Positions 11,424 to 25,049 of a stretch of 64,000 nt of DNA are shown piece after piece. Below the pieces are notes generated by a model. The model had not been told where the DNA came from. It searched no databases and saw only the letters and a program-made list of their open reading frames with translations. The translations under genes and the position numbers were made by a program. Origin of the DNA: Octopus vulgaris (taxonomy: Eukaryota); assembly GCA_951406725.2 (NCBI GenBank), contig OX597822.1, forward strand, positions 85,002,001 through 85,066,000. Reading direction: 5' to 3'. Numbering within the stretch: the first letter of the stretch is position 1; every line of letters begins with the position of its first letter.

Positions 11424-13183
11424 GTTATGCTTAAAGCTTTTAATTTCCATCACAAGCGTTTTTCGGAACCAAAATCCATGAATATTACCGAATATGACAG
11501 ACACCCAAAGAGAGGATATGCTTGCTGAAATGTCGTGAGTATGATCATCAAGACGAGGATACTACTCTAAATATAGTGGTGTGTAGTAGAAATAAGGGTA
11601 GTTTGAAAATTCTTTGGGAGTATAGTCTGGAAAGAGTTTTAAATTATGAATTTATAGAAGACGAACGTAAACAAAATAAACAGAGAAAAACAATCTTACT
11701 CTAGTTAATTTTATTCTAAAAACGAGCAACTGGGCCAACATTTATAAGTACTCTTATTCAGCTCTCTGAACAGTCATTTCTCAAAGAAAAATGCAAAATC
11801 CACCAAGACTTCGTGTTCAAAAGCGTAAAAACAGGCCACGAAATATTCTCTGATATAATCCAGTATATGGTTAAATATGAGAACAAACATAACTGGAAAG
11901 TTTCTTAAATTGATTTTCCTTCTCTTTCCTACGACCCACACATACTACATAATTCTTTTTCAAAAACTCGGTTGATATTAACTATGCTCCTCGTAAAAAC
12001 GCCAAGTGACATTTTACCATAAATAATACAGCTTCTCAGTGCCCTGTAACTGTACTAATTGTACAACTGCCTGCTTGATGGCAACCACCTGACGAAATCA
12101 TTAATCCAACGTGCCAAAATACACATAGAAACAGAATACAAGGAAAATGTGGGGCAAAGTCCTGCGTTGCATTAACCGTGCATTACTTTTTAAAGCACAT
12201 GTTTTGCAGCATACGCATTCTTTTATTAATCGAGACAGGAATTTGAGACTGCACTATCCAGACATGTTTGTAGAGGGGTTTTATTTGCCTTCCCACTAAG
12301 TTATAGGCGTGCAAATTTTCGTTAACAACTGAGTTGCCACTTGTATCGCATTGAAAACTGCTTATGTCTTGCCTCAGTTCTCGCAGTTTAAATGTAAAAT
12401 CTGAGCTTTTGTTAACTTGCAAACTCTCTCCTAAATACCTAGTATGTAGTTTTAAATTTTTAAACGAATGGAGGTTACGAATGCTTTGAAATTGTTGGAA
12501 ATATTTTTATCTCGTTTCCTTTAATATATTCTTTATCGTTATTCCCGAAAAAATTTCCATCTTTAAAGCAAATTTCCCCATCTGTAAGTTATTTCCCTTG
12601 GAAACTTCATGCATTAAAAAATTTTTCATTTTCCATTTCTTTCAAATACACTTTTAATCTAAATAAACTTCTCAACAATACATTAATAGGTCAAGAAGTT
12701 GCAGATTTCTTACAGTCGAAAAGTCTCATCTTGTATTTAAATCTATAAAATCTACTCACCTGCTGAATTCTAGATTCGGAACTTTTATTAAATGTAAACA
12801 TCTGGACAAGTTTCTGTGATGAAACTGGAAAACACCACCCTCTCTGAATTAAGCTTACAGTCACACAAACTTTGACCCCCCTACCACCATTGAACCCCCT
12901 GCCACCATCCATATTAAAGATCACAACTCTTATCTCGATTCCCTCTATGTTTCTTTTTTCTTCTTCTTTTTTTTCTTTTACTTTCTTCTTCTCGATCTTT
13001 CTCGCTCTTTCACATGTTCTGAAAGTGTAGCCATTTTATATCTCGACCTTGAATGATTACTTGAAAATACACGGTACGCTATACAATCTTGTCCAAGCAT
13101 TGTATTTCCAGAGGCATGAAACTTGTAGAAACTCGCATTTAAATCCTGTGAATATTAAATGATATTTATCTCTCACTAGATGC

Positions 13184-13184
<1 letters not shown>

Positions 13185-13225
<41 letters not shown>

Positions 13226-13742
13226 TTGCTGATGCTACCAATAACGGAATAGTATACTACCTATGTACATTTGAATGAAGGAGAGATGATAGACAAATAG
13301 AAAGTAGATTATGGAGAAGAGTGGGTGGAGAGAGAAAAGCTGAGAGAGACAGAGAAAGAGAAGGAGAAAATATAGGTGATTAAAGATGATAGCTAGATAG
13401 ACGGAGAGATAGGCAAAAAGGCAGACAGGTAGCAAAATAGTACAAAAGATAGACAGCCAGCCAGAAAGACAGACATTTAGGAAGATAGACATTTAGAAAG
13501 ACAGACTGACAGAAAGGCAGACAGACATACAGCTAGCTAGATAGATAGATAGAAGTGAAAATAATAAAGAGAAGGGAGGAAGTACTCTAATGTTGTTGGT
13601 GAAGTGTTTGTACGGAAATGATGTGTCGAATTTCTCCTGTATAACCAAGCTTTTATCATCATCATCATCATCATCACCATCCTCGTCGTCGTTGTCGTAG
13701 TCATCGTCATCATCATCATCATCATTATTATCATTATTATTA
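13185..13742. repeat. Low-complexity tract: (ATT)n, (AGAC/AGAT)n, (ATC)/(GTC)n
   Basis: Directly visible tri- and tetranucleotide arrays. Confidence 0.9.
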
Positions 13743-14360
13743 GTCCATCTGGAACAATTTGTACACGGTTCTACCTCACTGAATTACAACTTATATCAAA
13801 GTTAACGGAAGTCGCAAGTAAGGAAGAAAGTATACATATATGCATTATGTATGGCTTTAATTGCAGTCAGCTAATGACGTGTGTGTGTGTGCGTGTGTGT
13901 GAGAGAGAGAAATGGAGAGGGAGAGGGAAAGAGAGATAAGGTACAAAACCATAAATAGGCCCGCGTATTCCCTCTCTGTCTCACGAACACACACACATTA
14001 GGATTATGGGTCACAATTGGGACAGTGGTGCTCAATCTTCCTGATTTTGTGACACACTGCGGCAGGAGTAAGGAAATTGCTGTTATGTTAAGATATAACC
14101 CTGTTCTAAAGTAAAAAAATTAGAAATATAGAACCTGTGTTATGTACCTGGCCATTTCTGCCGTCTACGTGTTGATGCGCCCAGGTTCTATTGAATCCCA
14201 TAACTAGTGTGTATGTGTGTGTGTGTGTACAAAGAGGAACAGACAGACAGATATAGTAATCGATTGATCGTTACTCTAATTAAATCCGTGTGTACTTTCG
14301 TCTGGTGATAGGCTTCTTGGAATATGATTACAAATGAGGGATGTATGGGCATACTTGCGC

Positions 14361-14497
14361 GTAGCTTGTTTACTAACCACATGGTTCCGGTTCAGTCCCA
14401 CTGCGTGGCACCTTGGGCAAGTGTCTTCTACTATAGCCTCGGGCCGACCAAAGCCTTGTGAGTGGATTTGGTAGACGGAAACTGAAAGAAGCCCGTC

Positions 14498-14563
<66 letters not shown>

Positions 14564-14773
14564 GCGTGTATGTTTGTGTGTCTGTGTTTGTCCCCCTAGC
14601 ATTGCTTGACAACCGATGCTGGTGTGTTTATGTCCCCGTCACTTAGCAGTTCAGCAAAAGAGACCGATAGAATAAGTACTGGGCTTACAAAGAATAAGTC
14701 CCGAGGTCGAGTTGCTCGATTAAAGGCGATGCTCCAACATGGCCGCAGTCAAAATGACTGAAACAAGTAAAAG
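14361..14773 (+). mobile_element. SINE family A (slightly 5'-truncated)
   Basis: Very close match to the copies at 3989 and 20935; internal (TA)n at 14499-14557. Confidence 0.92.
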
Positions 14774-14797
14774 GAAAAACAAAGAAAGAAAGATGTC

Positions 14798-14861
<64 letters not shown>

Positions 14862-15529
14862 CGCGCGCACGCAGATGAATTTTACGAGGAGTTCATTTGT
14901 ATAAACAAATCTAGCGCCTGTTGTACTCTTTAAGGCATAATACTCAGACTGACCATAACAACTTTCTATATCGATGTCACTGCATGTTTTTTTTTTTAAC
15001 ATAAGATCTGCGCGCACGCGCGTGTCTGTCTGTGCGAGTGTTAGTGTATGTTAGTATGTGTGTGGCAGATGAAGCCGCTTCGCCGTAACCCACTGCCTCT
15101 GATCCAGTCATTGATGCAATATTTCCACAGCTGTATCTCAGCCCAGTTAAAGGTGTTTATATTTCAAACATGTTCACAGTATGGTTAAGGGTTCCATGGG
15201 TTGTTATTGTTATTTTTCTCAAGGTTTCAGAACGGCAATAGTTAAGTGTGGTTTGTGATAAGAAGGGGCTTGTGGGTGGGGTGGGGGGATGAAATGTGGG
15301 GGAGGGCAATTTAAGTTTTCAGAAGATTATCTTTCTCTCTCTCTCTCTCTCCCCTCTCTCTCTCTCTCTGTGCAGTAAGTTATCTCTATGGATGTTACGC
15401 CCACTCATGCAAATATCTATAATTAGAGAGAAACACAAAAGAACCACCAACGAAACGGAAAAAGAAATACCGAGGTCAGACTAACTGTGTAGCTGTTACA
15501 TCAGCAGAGACCTGTTATACACACACACA

Positions 15530-15745
15530 TCTTTTATCTTTTACTTGTTTCAGTCATTAGCTTGCGGCCTTGCGGGGGCAGCGCGGGGAAGGGTTTAGTC
15601 GGAGAAATCAACATTAGTATTTATTTTCAAATCATGTACTTAATCTTTCGGTCACTTTTACAGAAAATGCTAAAATACTGAAACTCAAGCATACAAACAC
15701 TGATGAACGAGTGGCGTGGGTAACAAACACACACAGACACACAAA
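15530..15745 (-). mobile_element. SINE family A, 3' half, diverged
   Basis: TTTTACTTGTTTCAGTCATTAG..TGCGGCC is the reverse complement of the A tail. Confidence 0.7.
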
Positions 15746-16324
15746 CACACACGCACACACACACATTATATATGTGTAACCACACGAGCTCAAGGGAGGC
15801 AGCGGAAAACTGCGCACTTAATACTAAAATTAGACTGAAATATGTTTATTGGATGACGGAAAAGCCTTGCAAATTGTTACTCTGAGTTCCGCCATAACCC
15901 GTCTTAGGACCTAAAATAAAATGGATGGAACATAGCAATATTAAGGAAATCTTTAAGGCAACCAGCAGCCAGAAGTGGTAATAGGCTAATCGAATATCGA
16001 AAAGGGAATATATATGATTTATTTATAATTTATTTTCCGCCTTTGTTTCAGCACGACTAGGTCCGTCTTCTGAATGTGATCGAAACCGGAAGTTGCTTTG
16101 TTGCTGAACATGTAAGTAGTCTTTCTTCCATAAAGGTCTTTAAGCAATTTTTTTCGCGTATTCAACACACACACACACACACACAGCCACGCACAAACAC
16201 ACAAATAAATATAAATTCGATTAGATATTGTGGTAACCTCATGAAACAACTGTAAGTGAAGATGATTAATTTGCTGTTAGTAATAAAGAAATATTAACTT
16301 CCCAATCTCCATTTTTCTTCTTCT

Positions 16325-16367
<43 letters not shown>

Positions 16368-16539
16368 TAGATAGATAGATATATAATTCCAAGAGAGTTA
16401 GAGGTTGTGAATCCAACCAACCAAGGGATAGTATCTATGCAATATACTGCTGGTAGAATACCCAATTATTAATACACAAGTGTTTTTTCGTTGCATGGCA
16501 ATTACACTACTGAATGTAATAAATGGCTAAGGGTATACA

Positions 16540-16914
16540 GCAATAAGAAAATGGAGGGGATCAAGAGGTGGTATTCATCAAGTTTTAGACATTACATTGT
16601 CTATTTATCTATTAAAAAAAAACAATTATAACAATATACATACATGTATAATATATGCTTTACATATATAAAAATACCAGTAATTATTAAAATATATAAC
16701 GTAGAACATAGAAAGTAGAATAGTTTCTTACGGCTAACCCTATGTTCTACGTTATATATTTTAATAATTACTGGTATTTTTTATAGGTAAAGCATAATGT
16801 TATACATGTATGTATATTGTTATAATTGATTTTTAAAAAAATAAATAAATAGACATAATATAATGTCTAAAACTTGATGAATACCACCTCTTCCTCTCCT
16901 CCATTTTCTTATTG

Positions 16915-16915
<1 letters not shown>
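16540..16915. repeat. Long imperfect palindrome (~172-bp arms, 28-nt loop) inside a (TA)n-flanked element
   Basis: 16540-16711 vs 16740-16915, e.g. AAGAGGTGGTATTCATCAAGTTTTAGACATTA / TAATGTCTAAAACTTGATGAATACCACCTCTT and AAAATATATAACGTAGAACATAG / CTATGTTCTACGTTATATATTTT. Confidence 0.93.
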
Positions 16916-16948
<33 letters not shown>

Positions 16949-17470
16949 AACTGAAGTACTGAGAACGAATTTATCCATATAGATATATATGTGTGAGCGT
17001 GTGTCCGTGTCTTTGCATATAATACAACTCATACCCAGACAAACAAACGAACACGTGCGCACAAATACACTTAGAAATCTTATTTTAATTTCAAAAATTT
17101 TTTTCCGTTAGTTTTCTTTTTCTTTAGTGTAGAATTTTTTGTCTTTTAATCCCCCCAAACAATACATATACAACACAGTAATACGTTAAGAAGCTAAAAC
17201 AAAAAGGAAAGACAAAAAACAACAATGTATCTAGCTTGTTCACATGATTACTGAATTTTCTACCACCGAGGACCCCATCTCCACGACGCCAGAGTGAAAC
17301 AAAAATTTGCGCAACTCAAACAAATTTTAATTAACAACGAGTATATTAAAAAAGTATTTGGTTGAACAATTCAACCCAAAATAAGCAACAACTTCAACGA
17401 AAACTTAAGAGAACTGGCAATTAACTAGACGTGAGGTACTGATGATATAGTTGTTGGGATTTGACAACAC

Positions 17471-17648
17471 GTGGTTGTGTGGTAAGAAGCTTGCTTTTCA
17501 ACCACATGGTTCTGGTTTCAGTCCCACTGCGTGGCACCTTGGGCCAGTGTCTTCTACTTTTATAGCCTCGGCCCGACCAAAGCCTCATCAGTGGATCTGG
17601 TAGACAGAAACTGAAAGAAGCCCGTCGTGTGTGTGTGCGTGAGTGTAC

Positions 17649-17706
<58 letters not shown>

Positions 17707-17960
17707 ATATATATATATATATATATGCGTGTGTGTGTATCGATGTTTTCCTCCCATCACCGTTTGTGAAATGGTGATGAGGGACAAACATGTGAAACAG
17801 TGATGTGTTTACATCCCCGTAACTTAGCAGCTCAGCAAAAGAACCGATAGAAAAAGTACCAGCTTGAAAAATAAAATGCCCTGGGGTCGAATCATTCAAG
17901 TAAAATTCAAGGCGATGCCCCAGCATGGCCGCAGTCTAATGACTGAAACAGGTAAAAGAT
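17471..17960 (+). mobile_element. SINE family A
   Basis: Head, CORE-like block, internal (TG)/(CTAT)/(TA) microsatellite and CCCCAGCATGGCCGCAGTCTAATGACTGAAACAGGTAAAAG tail. Confidence 0.88.
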
Positions 17961-18414
17961 GGAAGCTACCCAGCAAAAGCAAAACTTTGCTAACACCCTA
18001 ATAATCAATTTAAAACCGGATATTTATTACATTTCTAAGGCGGTCAGCTAGTAGAGTCTTTAGCAGGTCGGACAAAAGAATTAGCAGCATTTCTTCCGGC
18101 TATTTACGTACTGAGTTCAAATCCCGATATAGCCAAATCTGCCTTTTCTCTCTTCGGGATGGATAAAACAAAATATCAGTCAAGTATTGGAAGTCAAAGT
18201 TGCAGGCCTTCAACCCTGCAACAGACTGGTGTCCTTTTGATGGGAACGTTGCGGTTTTAATTACTAACACGCCATGGAAACCGTGTAATTGGCCTAATGA
18301 GACCCAAGGGCTCAGGAAAAAAAATTCACTACACTTAGAAACAACGAAGATGATGAGAGATTATATAACCGCGTGAAATGCTAGAAATTTGAGTCAAACC
18401 TTTCTAAAATAATT

Positions 18415-18452
<38 letters not shown>

Positions 18453-18504
18453 TTCTTAATAATGCAATTATGTTATGCAATGTAGCTATGGCTAAGGCAA
18501 AAAC

Positions 18505-18933
18505 AAAAAGTACCGTTCGCGCGTTGGACCTCACTGAGGCAGTGACGTCAAGCCAAGTGAGATCGTTGTTGTGGCCGATGCCAGTGCCGTCTGAATGGCA
18601 CCCATGACGGTGGCACGAAAAAACCAATGTTCGAGCGTTGGCTCTCATGGAGGCAGTGACAGGTGACAAAGACCTTTGGCGATATACCGTACTTGTGTAA
18701 ACCTGTCAAGCCAAGGGAGGCCGTAGTCGTGATCGATGTCAGTGTTAGGTCATCGTCACCCGTGCCGGGGGACGTAAAATGCACCCAGTATACTCTCGGA
18801 GTGGTTGGCGATAGGAAGAGCATCCAGCAGTAGAAACCTTGCCAAATCAGATTGGAGCCTGGTACAGTACCCCCGGCTTACCAGTTTTTAGTCAAACCGA
18901 TGCTAGTATGGAAAGCGGACGTTAAATGATGAT
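18505..18933 (+). mobile_element. SINE-like repeat with internal direct repeats and a (GAT)n tail
   Basis: Two related units (TTCG.GCGTTGG..CTCA..GAGGCAGTGAC and GTCAAGCCAAG.GAG..CGT.GT.GTG..CGATG.CAGTG), then GGTTGGCGATAGGAAGAGCATCCAGC and ATGGAAAGCGGACGTTAAATGATGAT; the tail type suggests an RTE partner (inference). Confidence 0.7.
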
Positions 18934-18936
18934 TTA

Positions 18937-18971
<35 letters not shown>

Positions 18972-18989
18972 GAATGTGTGTATGTGTGA

Positions 18990-19026
<37 letters not shown>

Positions 19027-19196
19027 TTCTTCCTCCAGCTGTACAGAACAAATGTGTCACTAAATTTGAAGAGAATACACCACAAATAAACAAGGAAGAC
19101 AGGGGTCAACATTTTCTCCATCCTTTGTTATTTGGGGGGAGGGGCTGTCTCTTGTGGAATGTTTAGAATATTTATTTTTTCTTAAATTTTTCTTTT

Positions 19197-19246
<50 letters not shown>

Positions 19247-19546
19247 GCACTATTCATTATGATCCTTCCAACAACTTAATCTTAATATGATGGCGTGTGT
19301 ATGGCGTGTTTACAGAATCGTTTGAGCGTCGGAAAAACTGTCTTGCTGCACCTCTAAGTTGGTGAACTGGCATAATCTTTAGCGGGGCGGCGAACAAATG
19401 CTTAGCTATATTTCCGGCTTTAAGTGTTCTGAATTCAAACTCTGCCGAAGTCAAGTTTGCTTTTTATTATCAATGGATTTGCCCTCTCACGCTGAAATTG
19501 CTGTCCTTTGAAAAAGGAACAAAATATATAGAAGTGAGTGTGTCTG

Positions 19547-19610
<64 letters not shown>

Positions 19611-20326
19611 ATGTGTGTGTATTTATGTTTGTTCAAAGTTGGAGGCTGCAGTTTTGTGAAATTTAACGAAAAAAGTCTTGAAAGTCAGTTAACCATTCAA
19701 TTTTCTGCCCCTGCCCACTCCAACAGAACCCCAAACCTTAAACCTTCGTTAAGTATTTGGCACCTGACGGTTTTATTTAGATTTTCGGAAAATCATTAAC
19801 ACACACACACACACACACGTCGTGTGTTTGTGTGTGTGTGTGTGTGTGTGAGATAGAGTAACTAATGAAAATAACTAAAACAAATAAGAAGCTAATAAAC
19901 TGCTTTGCAAATCTGTTGTGAGAGAAGAAAGAGAGTAAATGCGAAGAAGGACGCGGTGTGGGTTGGAGGTAGGAAGACGGCAGACCTTGAGGTTGAACAC
20001 CTGAAGCAACACAAACTTGCCGTAAACTCAGCTTGGAAGAACCAAAGATTTCGCTTGCAGTGGCGGCGGTGGTGGTGGTGCTGGTGGTGGTAGTAAATGT
20101 ATGCAAGATTAGGGACGGGAGGGAGAGAGAGGGAGAGAGAGACAGAGACTGAGAGAGATAGTGAGGTTTGTGGGTGAAGAAGTAAATGTCCGTCGGAGAT
20201 CAAAAGGTATGCATTGACCATGTTTAGTGGTCAAACATCTGTCTCTTCCTCAGACTTCATTCTTTTCTTTGTTCTTCTCCTCTCGTTTAAAACATTCTTC
20301 GTTCCTGCGAATCAAAAACAATTCCT

Positions 20327-20380
<54 letters not shown>

Positions 20381-20828
20381 CTCTATTCCCTCTCCAACTG
20401 ATTAATTAGTCCCTCTTTCTCACCAGACCCCATGTAACCCACCTAATCACCATCGCTCATCTAATACATTTTATTTCTTCCGTTTATGAAAGAAAACTGC
20501 ATCCATCGAACGCTCCCTTCTACCTCCCTCTCCTCCTCTAATCCTTTGTAATTTCATTACTTTACCATTCCTACAGAAATCAATCTTGTAGTAACCCCCT
20601 CATACTTTCTCTACCGCTAATTTTTCGCATTTACCAATTTTATAATGTTCCTAGTTCTCTCCATTATCTCATATAACCCACCTATACACACACATACACA
20701 CATATATATAATAATGGCAAAAAATTGAATATTAATTTGATTAATATCAATTTAAACCAGTGGCCTACATTTAGTATATTGAATGTACACCTAGTGTTCA
20801 TCCCTCTTATATGTATGTATGTAATATA

Positions 20829-20866
<38 letters not shown>

Positions 20867-20934
20867 TACATACATACATATATATATATATATGTAACTA
20901 ATGAAAGAGAAAATAACTAAAACAAATTTTCACA

Positions 20935-21092
20935 GCAGGAGTGGCTGTGTGGTAAGTAGCTTGTTTACCAACACATGGTTTCGGGTTCAGTCCCACTGCG
21001 TGACACCTTGGGCAAGTGTCTTCTACTATAGCCTCGGGCCGACCAAAGCTTTGTGAGTGGATTTGGTAGACGGAAACTGAAAGAAGCTCGTC

Positions 21093-21135
<43 letters not shown>

Positions 21136-21349
21136 TGTGTGTGTTTGAGTGTCTGTGTTTGTCCCCCTAGCATTGCTTGACAACCGATGCTGGTGTGTTT
21201 ATGTCCCCGTTACTTAGCGGTTCGGCAAAAGAGACCGATAGAATAAGTACTGGGCTTACAAAAGAATAAGTCCCAGGGTCGAGTTGCTCGATTAAAGGCG
21301 GTGCTCCAGCATGGCCGCAGTCAAATGACTGAAACAAGTAAAAGAGTAA
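20935..21349 (+). mobile_element. Full-length SINE family A
   Basis: Complete head to tail with internal (TA)n; nearly identical to 14361-14773. Confidence 0.93.
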
Positions 21350-21407
21350 ATATATATATATATATATATACATCTACATACATATATACACATACGCACA
21401 CACATAA

Positions 21408-21635
21408 AATAAACGCACCCTTTTAAAGCCTAGCCAGGCTCATGGGTCCAGTTTCCCGGTTTCAATGGCGTATGTCCATCGCAGCGTTACTCATTTTTGC
21501 CAATTGAGTGAACAGGAGCAACGTGAAATGAAGTGTTTTGCTCAAGAACACAACGCGTCGCCCTGTCCAGGAATCGAAACCACAATCTTACGATCATGAT
21601 GCTGACACCCTAACCACTAAGCCACGCGCCTCCAC
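21408..21635 (-). mobile_element. SINE family B (internally deleted)
   Basis: Reverse complement of GTGGAGGCGCGTGGCTTAGTGGTTAGGGTG...CTGGCTAGGCTTTAAAAGGG; matches the copies at 23340 and 33565. Confidence 0.9.
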
Positions 21636-21648
21636 ACACACACACCAA

Positions 21649-21679
<31 letters not shown>

Positions 21680-22351
21680 TGGCAGGACATATATTAATTT
21701 ATCTCCCTCAATATTTATATATATATATATATATAGGTGAGAAAGTATACACAAATATATAGTCATGCTTTGAGCAAACGACGTTTGTGCACCACAACTT
21801 CAATTTCTTGCATATATGTAAAAATGGAGGCTATGTACGAAATTCTTTGTCCCGTCCATCTGCAGCCAAGGTTCGATCCAAGCAGCAAGCTACTTTGATC
21901 CACTTCATCCAACGATTTAGAAATACATGGACTCCACACCTCCCCGACATTTGAGGCAAATATTTTATAGGGCTGTTAACATTGACTTTAACAAATTATG
22001 CTCTGCAGTGCCGAAAGAATTTAAAATCTCATTAGTCTAAAATTTCTAAAAGAAAATTAAAGAAGATAGTCTCAGATTTACATATAATTTCGGGTTTCGG
22101 ATGTTTTCAATGAAAATTTACCGAATATTTCTTTAAGGTTTTGGTTACTTTTCAAATGAGTTTTTACTATAATTTTGTTGCTGTTCTTCTTTATTCGCGA
22201 AATCAGCGTTACGTCTACCACCGCCAATGATAGCCATAACAGCCCCACAATTAGTGCCACTAACGCCAATAATAACACCATGACCACCACCACCACCAAC
22301 AACAAAGCAACACTACAACCACCATTGCCAATACCAACCACTGCACTATCA

Positions 22352-22385
<34 letters not shown>

Positions 22386-23036
22386 CAGGAATAGCTTCTA
22401 TAATTAAACAGATAATAGGAAGTCTTGGGAGATAAAGTTTAGTCTTTCTGTAACCAAAAGCAAGAATTTCGTTTAAGTGTCTAAGATTCCTCGAAGATAT
22501 GCGATACTAAAACAAGTGATTCGCCCATCTTTTGTTGTAAAATCTGCAAACAGATGGACGTCGGTTTTTGGTTTGCTGTTTTTTGTCACTTTTTTTTAAT
22601 CCCTAATCTTATTATTTCTTTTATTATTGAATTTGTTATTTTAAAAAGAATTTGAGAAACAACAAAACATGAATTAAAAAGGAAAACATTCAACAAAGAG
22701 AAATTGTGGTTAAGTCACGCATTTGGGAAGTTCTTAGTTTGGCAAAAAAAATGTAATATCTGAGTCGGAGGAAGGAAAAGATGTGAGAACTGGCTTTGTT
22801 CGTTTCGGTTTCAATAGTTTAGCCTTCATGAATTCTTTAAAGAAAAAAAAAAAAAAAAAAAAAATGAAAATAAAAACATAAAAAAAAAAACAAAGCACAC
22901 AGAGGATTGGTTCCCAACCACATGGTTCTGGGTTCAGTCTTACTGCGTGGCACCTTGGACAAGTGTCTTCTGCAGTAGCTCGGGCCGACCAAATCCTTGT
23001 GAGTGGATTTGGTGGACGGAAACTGAAAGAAGCTCG

Positions 23037-23071
<35 letters not shown>

Positions 23072-23074
<3 letters not shown>

Positions 23075-23202
23075 GGTGATTCAAAAGTCACTGTACATGG
23101 GAAAATTTTATTTTTTATAAGGAAATTTTATTTTTTATAAGAAAAACTGTTTCTTATAAAAAATAAATTGTTCTTATGTGTGGTGACTTTTGAACTACAC
23201 TG
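23072..23202. mobile_element. Tc1/mariner-type MITE (131 bp)
   Basis: Imperfect terminal inverted repeats CACGGTGATTCAAAAGTCAC / GTGACTTTTGAACTACACTG, each flanked by TA; internally palindromic (TTTTTATAAGAAA / TTTCTTATAAAAA). Confidence 0.8.
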
Positions 23203-23339
23203 TATGTATATATGTATATGTATGTATATATATATGTATATATATATATATATATATGCATATATATATATGTGTATATATATGTATATATACATATATA
23301 TATGGATATATATAAGTATATGTATATATATATGTGTGT

Positions 23340-23594
23340 GTGGAGGCGCGTGGCTTAGTGGTTAGGGTGCCAGCATCATGATCGTAAGATTGTGGTTTCG
23401 ATTCTTGGACCGGGCGACGCGTTGTGTTCTTGAGCAAAACACTTCATTTCACATTGCTCCAGTCCATTCAGCTGGCAAAAATGAGTAACGCTGCGATGGA
23501 CTGGCGTCCCGTCCAGCTGGAGAACACATACGCCATTGAAACCTGGAAACCGGGCCCATGAGCCTGGCTAGGCTTTAAAATGCCGCATTTATTT
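23340..23594 (+). mobile_element. Full-length SINE family B (tRNA head, CORE-like and V-domain-like blocks)
   Basis: A box TGGCTTAGTGG, B-box-like GGTTTCGATTC, GTGTTCTTGAGCAAAACACTT (CORE-like), CTGCGATGGACTGGCGTCCCGTCCAG (V-SINE-like). Confidence 0.92.
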
Positions 23595-23636
23595 ATTAAT
23601 TATATATATATATATACATACACACACATATACATA

Positions 23637-23678
<42 letters not shown>

Positions 23679-24336
23679 CCTATATATATATATACATACC
23701 TATATATATATATACATACCTATATATGTATATGTCAGTGTGTGTGTTTGTCTTTGTGTCTAAGTTTGTCCGTCTATCACCACTTGACAACCGATGCTGG
23801 TGTGTTTAATCCCTATAGCTTAGCGGTTCGGCATAAGAAACCGATAGAATAAGGACTAGGCTTAAAAATGTGTACTAGGGTCGATTAGTTCAGGTAAGGT
23901 GCGCCAGGATGGCAGCAGTCAAATGACTGAAACAAGTTAAAGAATATACAATTTAGTGTCTCCTAAATTTCAAATGCAAAGTAGTGCAGTGCTCAATGTA
24001 ATGTAAAGTGTAGAGTTACATAATTAATTCGTGGGATTTGTCTTTTCGCACATCGTTTAACCCAAACAGCAATCTTCAGGAGACTTTATTTACTTACTTA
24101 TAATTTTTTTTTTGTAAAGGAAATTGAAACTACACCGAAGTTGTACCCTCAGTGCATGTGTGTGTGTGTTGGGGGTGATTTAGAAACAACAATAATAAAA
24201 TAATAGCACTTATGGGGCATCTTCTTGGAGGTGTCGTTGTTACAAGAAACCGAGTAGTTCCCATTTATCGCCTAGTAGTCAAGACCTAGTACAAGCAGAC
24301 GAGTTTAAGGAATATGCGAAATAGGGGTGTAGAAGC

Positions 24337-24338
<2 letters not shown>

Positions 24339-24432
<94 letters not shown>

Positions 24433-24436
24433 ATAT
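24339..24436. repeat. Long (TA)n microsatellite
   Basis: About 95 bp of near-pure TA. Confidence 0.97.
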
Positions 24437-25009
24437 GGGTGTAGGTGGGTGTGTATCAGAAATTTGATAGTTTTGAAGAAAGCTGCCGTTCATTATAATG
24501 CGCGTCACTCCACAACGGTTAATAGGCAAAGGTTCCCACCTACAGCATTTAATTCTTTAAAACCGATCTCAAACAGCACGGATGTAGACTTAGACTTGTG
24601 GGGGTGACGTGTTCGAGCGGTGCGGTGGTTCTAATTAATTACACTGGGGGGATTAATTTGTGCCGAACATGGCGCAAGAATATAGAAAACCTGACAGCTG
24701 TTGTAATGAGTATCGGGTGTTGCTAGTTGGAGAGAGAGAGAGAGAGAGAGAGATGGGAGGAGGGGACTGCGAGACAGAGATTGGGAGAGAGGGGAAGAGA
24801 AAGGAAAAGTTAAAAATGAAGGGAGTTTCTTGGACAACCTTAATCGACGCACAATTAGATTAATCTATTCTAAACCCTGGTGTGTGTGTGTGTGTGTTTT
24901 AAAACTCGCTGTATAACTCACTTGTTTTAAGACAATGAAACAGACACAGTCCCATACCAGCCTTCTTCAGATCCTCACCCCCCATATACATAGGCATTTT
25001 AAAAGGAAA

Positions 25010-25049
<40 letters not shown>

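Larger units (their letters stand above)
22905..23944 (+). mobile_element. SINE family A with a MITE and a family B SINE nested in its internal microsatellite
   Basis: 5' half 22905-23038 and 3' half ~23740-23944, separated by TA-rich arrays that contain 23072-23202 and 23340-23594. Confidence 0.85.

Noticed and set aside
23340-23415. tRNA-like sequences at SINE heads (also 33565, 40640-40716, 44520-44595)
   Set aside because: They continue into SINE bodies and lack a complete cloverleaf; SINE heads, not tRNA genes.
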